A stretch of DNA of 64,000 nucleotides. It comes from a virus (Duplodnaviria; Caudoviricetes). Below are positions 58,267-64,000 of this stretch, piece after piece. The notes under the pieces were generated by a model, which saw only the letters and a list, made by a program, of their open reading frames with translations, was not told the origin of the DNA and made no database searches. A program made the translations under genes and the position numbers. The first letter of the stretch is position 1, and every line of letters begins with the position of its first letter. The stretch spans positions 5,533 to 69,532 of IMG/VR virus record IMGVR_UViG_3300031998_000064. One strand, 5' to 3'.

Positions 58267-58746
58267 ATGAAAACATATAAGCTGTTTAGAGTTAAGAACG
58301 GAAAGTTGTATCCGTTATATGTTCTTGCAGATAAAGAAACACCAATAGGCAAGACACTTAAGGCAGAAATTGGCGAGTTGAAAGATGAAACTCATGTTAA
58401 GGCAAAGGGGTGTGGCGGTTCGTTATCGCTTCGCCCCGGATATCATTCCTGTTACGTTCCGTTCACTAATTGGATTGGTAAAAAGGCAGATGACGGAACA
58501 TTGATTCAAAGAGCTGATACAGTTTGGTGTGAATGTGAAGTTGTTGGTAAAGAACAGATTGTTAAGGAACGTAACGGATTAAGGCATCTGCCGAGAAGTT
58601 GGTATCACTTTAAAACCAACTCAAAACAAAAAGAACCATGGGTTATATCGGATAACATCAAAGTTGTTCGAGTATTAAGTGACAAAGAAGTTGCAGAAAT
58701 ATGTAAGGCAAACGGTTATGAACCGCAGAGAAAGGAGAAAGTATGA
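58267..58746 (+). CDS. Conserved hypothetical phage protein
   Basis: YKLFRVKNGKLYPLYV...RPGYH...VWCECE...WVISD. Confidence 0.7.
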   Translation: MKTYKLFRVKNGKLYPLYVLADKETPIGKTLKAEIGELKDETHVKAKGCGGSLSLRPGYHSCYVPFTNWIGKKADDGTLIQRADTVWCECEVVGKEQIVKERNGLRHLPRSWYHFKTNSKQKEPWVISDNIKVVRVLSDKEVAEICKANGYEPQRKEKV

Positions 58747-61700
58747 AATTTAATAGTGGAGCAGAAATGCTTAAGGTTATTTTAGACGGTACAGACTTAT
58801 ATAATCCTGAAAAGGAAACATATGTATTTGTTTATAACGATGCAGGTTCGATTGCATATTATTCGATTGATGAGATAACGGCAGATAGATTGGCTGATGA
58901 AGCTGAAGAATATGGAGATTATTGGAGTGGATTTCTTGGTATCGGTGGTTATATTGCTGACGATCCGTCTTATGATTTCTTCAAAGAAGGTGATTATAGC
59001 AATCTTGATTGGTGTAATGATAATTATAGTGGTGAATGGATTGATACCAAGGATTATGGAAAATAAAGAGGTATAAATATGGAAGAAAAATTAAATGCAC
59101 TTAATGAAACGCTTATAAAATTAGAAGCTGCGACAAATTTTCCGCATGATCAGATTCGAATACGGATAGAAAACGAATATTTTGCAATAGATATTGAGGA
59201 TGAAACTTGGGATAATTACTTACATTTTGACGAGGTAATTGATATATTAACCGATTTATTCAGAGGCATTGCATTAGGTAAAGGAATAGAATGGAGGTAT
59301 CGGGGATGAATATAACAATTGCTGAAGATCAGAAAATGTTTTTCTCACCATTCAGAATCCTTATTGAAGATACTAACGAGTTAAATCAAATTGCTGATGC
59401 AAGACAAAAGGCTCACGGAGAGGTTACATACTTCGACTATGATAATCCGGATAACAATTATGACGGTTGGTATGATTTTTATATTGATACAAACGGAAAA
59501 GAAGTGACATCTATGTATTATGAGAGCTTCGGTTCATACATAGATAAGATAGAACTTACTGAAGAAGATAAGGTTTCGCTAATACAACAGATAGTTGATT
59601 ATTATGGCGGCGAAGATGAGTACGAAACAATATGTGAAAAATGGAGGTTATGATTATGAGAATTTATTATGTAATGAGTTGTGATGAATGGAAAAGCTGT
59701 GACAGTATGAGGCTGAAGCTGTTAACTACGGATGAAGAAAAGCTCCGTAAGTATATTAGAAAGCAGATTAAGGAGGAAAATTTCTTTTACAACGGAAACA
59801 CAGTAAATGAAATGCTTAAGAATTTTGATGAGGATTGGCAGACAAGTAATATAGCTGATATTAATAGTCTGTTGGAATATGGCTGCTATAGTTATTCTGA
59901 TGACGGAGAGGAGATTTGATATGACAGTAAGGGAATTGGCACTAATACTTAAACAGTATAAGGATCAAGATGCAAAGATACATATTGGTTGTCAGGGTTA
60001 TACAACAATGGATGATCCTGACGATGAGTATGAGATAAGCGTTGTAAAGTGTAAGGGCAACGTATTGATAAGAGACAACAATGGATATTATGAAAGATGA
60101 AGATTAGGGGGTATATGCATGAACAAACTTCAAAAGGAACTTTACGAGAAACATGGCAAGGCTCGAATGTATGTATTTTATAATCGGCAAACCGGAAAAA
60201 CAGTTAACTACAAAGTGTACAATTCACATCGGAAGTTAATTGTTACAACAGACGATTACAATTATGCGGAAAAAATATTAATGGATAAGGGGTGAGGTTA
60301 TGGTACAACAGTTATTTTGGCTTGAACCAAAAGAGAAATGGCAGAGTAGAGGTTATGCTAATAATCAGTGGTTAGTTGTTGATTATGGCAAAAAGCAATA
60401 TCGTTATAATGTAGGGATGTATAATCCTACAGAGGGCGTGAACTCAATTAAGGTGAGTAGTAAAGGAAGCATAAAAGATTATATAAGTTATCTTCAGAGA
60501 CATGGCTTCGACCAGTTGACAAATTAAAGATTATGAGGTAAGATTAATGACGGATAAAAAGGAGGTTTTAAGATGAATGTTTTGTGTGTATGGGAAGGAA
60601 ACCTTTGTAGTGTTCCTACTGATGATGCTGAAAGTGGTTGGTATCCTGAATACGAAGATGCTAAAATTTTAAAGCAAAATTGTAATATTAATGAAGATTA
60701 TGGCTTATTATATGATAAGCTAGAAAATTTTGAATTTCAACTTGTAGAAATGAGTCATGACGGATTTCAACCAATGTATAATGCATATGATTCAGCGGCA
60801 ATGGAAATTATGATTGCATTATTGACTGAATTGAAAGCTTATTATGTATCAAAAGAATTTGAATTTATTAAGTGTGTTAAGGGCTGTTATCGAGTAGAAG
60901 ATGGTTGGAATATAAAAGGTACAGATAAAAACGGAAATGATTTTGGAATCTTTATATATGATTTATTTATAGATGACAATATTTCAGAAGATGAATTGAA
61001 ACATTTGGCATTTTTAAAATATGTAGAAGATTGCGATTTTAAAAAACTTAGAAGGTGGTGATGATTAAAATGAAAGATTATGTAGTTGTATACGAACTTA
61101 AAGGCAAAAGAGAGATTGCTTATATAACCGCTCAAAATCCACAAGATGTAGTTAATAAGTTTTATGCTACATATTTGTATGAGAATTTCGCAAATATTTA
61201 TAAAGGTCATACAACCATTAATGATTGTGACATCTTGACAATTGGAGAGGTTGTTGGTGGATGGAAAAATAAATATAAGGAGACAGAGGCATGACGGCAA
61301 AAGAACAGGCGTACAAACATGGGCGTGAAGACGCTCAACGGTTAGCAAGGGAAGGAGAACCGAAGGTAATGAACAAGGAAAAGGCAAAATGGTGGGTTGA
61401 AATGTTGTTTACTATCAAGGAATTTGAAGAGACTGTTGCGGATAATGCAGATCGAGCTGCGGAAATTCGAGAGGCACGGAAGTATGTTGTTGAATGTATT
61501 GAGAAAGCGGGGGATGAGGGATGAAAAATTTATGTCGAGCGTTATCTTGGATAGTTCTGCTTTGTGGAATATTTGGATCATTATATATTGCTGAAGCTTA
61601 TGGTCTTGAAGTTAAAACTTCGACAATAACTGCCAAACGAAATTGGGGATTAACAATAGGAATTTATATTGGAGCAATGATATCGACATTAGTCATATTT

Positions 61701-62889
61701 GCTATATTAGGTGCATTAGCTAAAATCCTTGAGCGATTGGAGCCTAAAAAGGAAGAACATAATGAAATAGAGCAGGAAGAAAGGTGATTCAATATGGTAA
61801 TAGTTTATAATGAAGAATTAGAATCATATTATCAAATATTAATAGGAGCAAATAGTATTTATGATGAATGTGATATTTATGAGGTAACAGATGAGTTGTT
61901 ACTTGATAATTTATCCGGGAAATATGACAATGGTATTCAGGCATATCGAGTTACTGATGAATGGTGGCAAAATTTCAAAAAGGAAATTGAGGAATGGTTA
62001 TATTCGGATGGTGTCATATATCAATATGATGAGGATCGGTTTTATGAAATAATGAGAGCTGATCCTTTGTATAACGTATACGATTTACGAGGTACTTTAG
62101 ATTCTGAAGATGTTACAATGGAATATATAAAAAATTATTATAATAGAACATCTGAATATAGAGATTTAAAAGAACATGAAATTACTCCTATTCCTGCTCC
62201 GTGCTGTAATTTTCGACACGTATTACAAAAATGGTCAGGAAAAATATAAATGAGGTGATTGTATGATTGAAATTGCAATTATATTTTTAATTGGCAAAAT
62301 TATTTTAAAACTATATAAGACTAATGCTGATAACAATGCTATGATTCGTGGCAAAATTGACAGTAGATCCGAAGATAATTTAACTTATGTTGATGGTAAT
62401 GCAAAAATAAGATTATTATCAAATAATCATCTTTGTATATATGAAACATTGCCTAACGGGTGTCGGGTATTAAGGGATATACAAACGAATGATATAATTA
62501 AAAATTATACACAAGAACAAAATCAGAAAGATTATTATAATAGTTATCAAAAAGCTATTAAAAGCGGCAACAAAATTTTTTGTTATGATTTTAATACTCA
62601 TGAAAAAGATAAGATAAAAGGGATGCGTTATTTAAATATTAATACTGGTGAAAAATATGTTATCCGAAATTTTAACGCTATACCCTTTTATGTTAATATT
62701 GAAACAGGAAAAATTTTAGGAGTTGTTGATAAGACAAAAATACATAGTCAAAATGTAGAAAAAATAATAAAATCATATAGCCATTTACAAAGAATTGAAA
62801 AACAGAAATCTTTTCAGGATGTAGGTAAATATTTTTTTAATGCATATTGGCATATTGCAGATGATTGTTGTTATTGTGGAAAATATTAA
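58743..62889 (+). CDS. Cluster of small, mostly acidic ORFs (58743..59066, 59079..59309, 59291..59653, 59641..59919, 59879..60100, 60300..60527, 60573..61061, 61070..61294, 61291..61524, 61521..61787 membrane, 61794..62249, 62263..62889)
   Basis: Dense coupled plus-strand ORFs with RBSs; AT content rises toward the right. Confidence 0.6.
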
Positions 62890-62907
62890 ATAAAAAGGAG
62901 AACATGT

Positions 62908-63375
62908 ATGATTACTCAATATGAACTAGTATTAAAGGATCAAATTTTATCATTAAAAGCCAAAAAAGAATTTGATATTTTAGGTATGATAACAGAAATT
63001 GATGATGCGGTGGAGTATATTGTTGAAAACTGTGAAATTAGTAATCTTGCAGTAGAAAAAGCTTTTGTTTTAGCTTTTAAAAATGGGATTTTTGAAAGTT
63101 TTATTGAAGTAGGTGTTGGTGATCATAAAACAGTATCTATTCCTTTGTCGTCTTGCTTTAAATTTTTATTATTAACAAATGCGGATGAATGTATATTTTT
63201 ACATAATCATATAAAAGGAAGTCCAATTATGCCGAGTCAAGACGACTTATCATCTCATGCTCAAGAAGAATATATTGCAAATTTGTTAAATATAAAGATT
63301 TTAGCAAATGGTATTATCCAAGATAAAACAAGATGGTTTGATATTATTTCAAATGAAGAGAGGTGTTTGATATGA
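62908..63375 (+). CDS. RadC-like JAB domain protein
   Basis: VEKAFVLAF...IFLHNHIKGSPIMPSQDDL (HxH-x7-S-xx-D JAMM motif). Confidence 0.75.
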   Translation: MITQYELVLKDQILSLKAKKEFDILGMITEIDDAVEYIVENCEISNLAVEKAFVLAFKNGIFESFIEVGVGDHKTVSIPLSSCFKFLLLTNADECIFLHNHIKGSPIMPSQDDLSSHAQEEYIANLLNIKILANGIIQDKTRWFDIISNEERCLI

Positions 63376-64000
63376 ACGGTAAACTTGAAGTTGAAAATAA
63401 AATAGAAGAGAGAATTAAACATAATCTTAATGGTTGTCCTGATTATGTATATGATTGGTATATGAATCTTAAAGCAAATAATAATACACCAGCGACCTGT
63501 TATGATTATCTTAACAAAGTAAAACAGATGCTTATGTCGTATGACAACATTCCGGATGTTAAAGCGTTAACACAAAGACACACAATTGAATATTTTGATA
63601 CCATACAAAAAATTAAAGACAAAAAAGGGAACGTAAAATATTCTTCGTCTTCTTATCAGCAGTCGGTTTGGTGTGCATTATCAAACTTCTTTGATTACTT
63701 ACATAAGGTAAGACTTATACCAAATAATTATATGGAAACGATTAAACGTCCTAAAAACAAAGATGAAGAAAGATTAAAGCAGGAGCGTGTACTTCTTACA
63801 AAAAGAGATTTTCATAATATACTGAAAATGGTGGATAAAGGTGTTGGAAATCCTACGGCAAAGAAACTGCAAAGTAAAACACGGTCAAGAGATAAATTAA
63901 TTATCTGTCTATTTATGACAACCGGCATGAGAAAAACTGCTCTGACAGAGATAAATATTGAAGATGTCGATTTAGATAATAAGACCTTACAGATAATCGA
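63372..64000 (+). CDS. Tyrosine recombinase/integrase, N-terminal part (truncated by the window edge)
   Basis: ATG at 63372; SAM-like N-terminus, then RDKLIICLFMTTGMRKTALTEINIEDVD (catalytic Arg box). Confidence 0.85.
   Translation, partial: MNGKLEVENKIEERIKHNLNGCPDYVYDWYMNLKANNNTPATCYDYLNKVKQMLMSYDNIPDVKALTQRHTIEYFDTIQKIKDKKGNVKYSSSSYQQSVWCALSNFFDYLHKVRLIPNNYMETIKRPKNKDEERLKQERVLLTKRDFHNILKMVDKGVGNPTAKKLQSKTRSRDKLIICLFMTTGMRKTALTEINIEDVDLDNKTLQII

Noticed and set aside
1-64000. Stop-codon reassignment (code 15 or 4) suggested by the UUA-reading option of the tRNA mimic
   Set aside because: Conserved genes (terminase, portal, capsid, IscS) are intact under the standard code, and TAA, TGA and TAG all end genes at sensible positions. 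The only split gene is explained by an intron.

Overview
The window is part of a large (SPbeta-like) tailed dsDNA phage or prophage genome, probably infecting a low-GC Firmicute. Two gene arms diverge from a non-coding centre at about 37.2-38.0 kb. The left arm (1-37.2 kb, minus strand) holds a YonO-like single-subunit RNA polymerase split by a group I intron that carries an HNH endonuclease. It continues with HU, a ClpP-like protein, a metallophosphoesterase, a free-standing GIY-YIG endonuclease, terminase, portal, a tyrosine recombinase, prohead protease/scaffold, capsid, head-tail and tail genes. After these come a six-gene cassette of unknown function, lysis genes, a RuvC-like resolvase, a cysteine desulfurase, a glycosyltransferase, a repeat-rich tail-fibre-like protein and the start of a probable tape measure gene. 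The right arm (38-64 kb, plus strand) opens with a GC-rich gene and a roughly 1 kb non-coding RNA locus. Dozens of small early-type ORFs follow, including an M20/M28 peptidase, an RNAP alpha-CTD-like protein, PC4/PcfK/PcfJ-like proteins, an orphan HicA, DUF932, a gp88-like protein, a RadC/JAB protein and a second recombinase. The most notable items are non-coding. (1) A roughly 600 nt ROOL-like structured RNA is bracketed by tRNA mimics. (2) Two about 45 nt mini-tRNAs (acceptor stem plus T-arm only) each sit just after an intrinsic terminator. (3) A 343 bp IscB-less HEARO/omegaRNA element is inserted at the 3' end of a gene. All family assignments come from motif recognition by eye; no searches were run.
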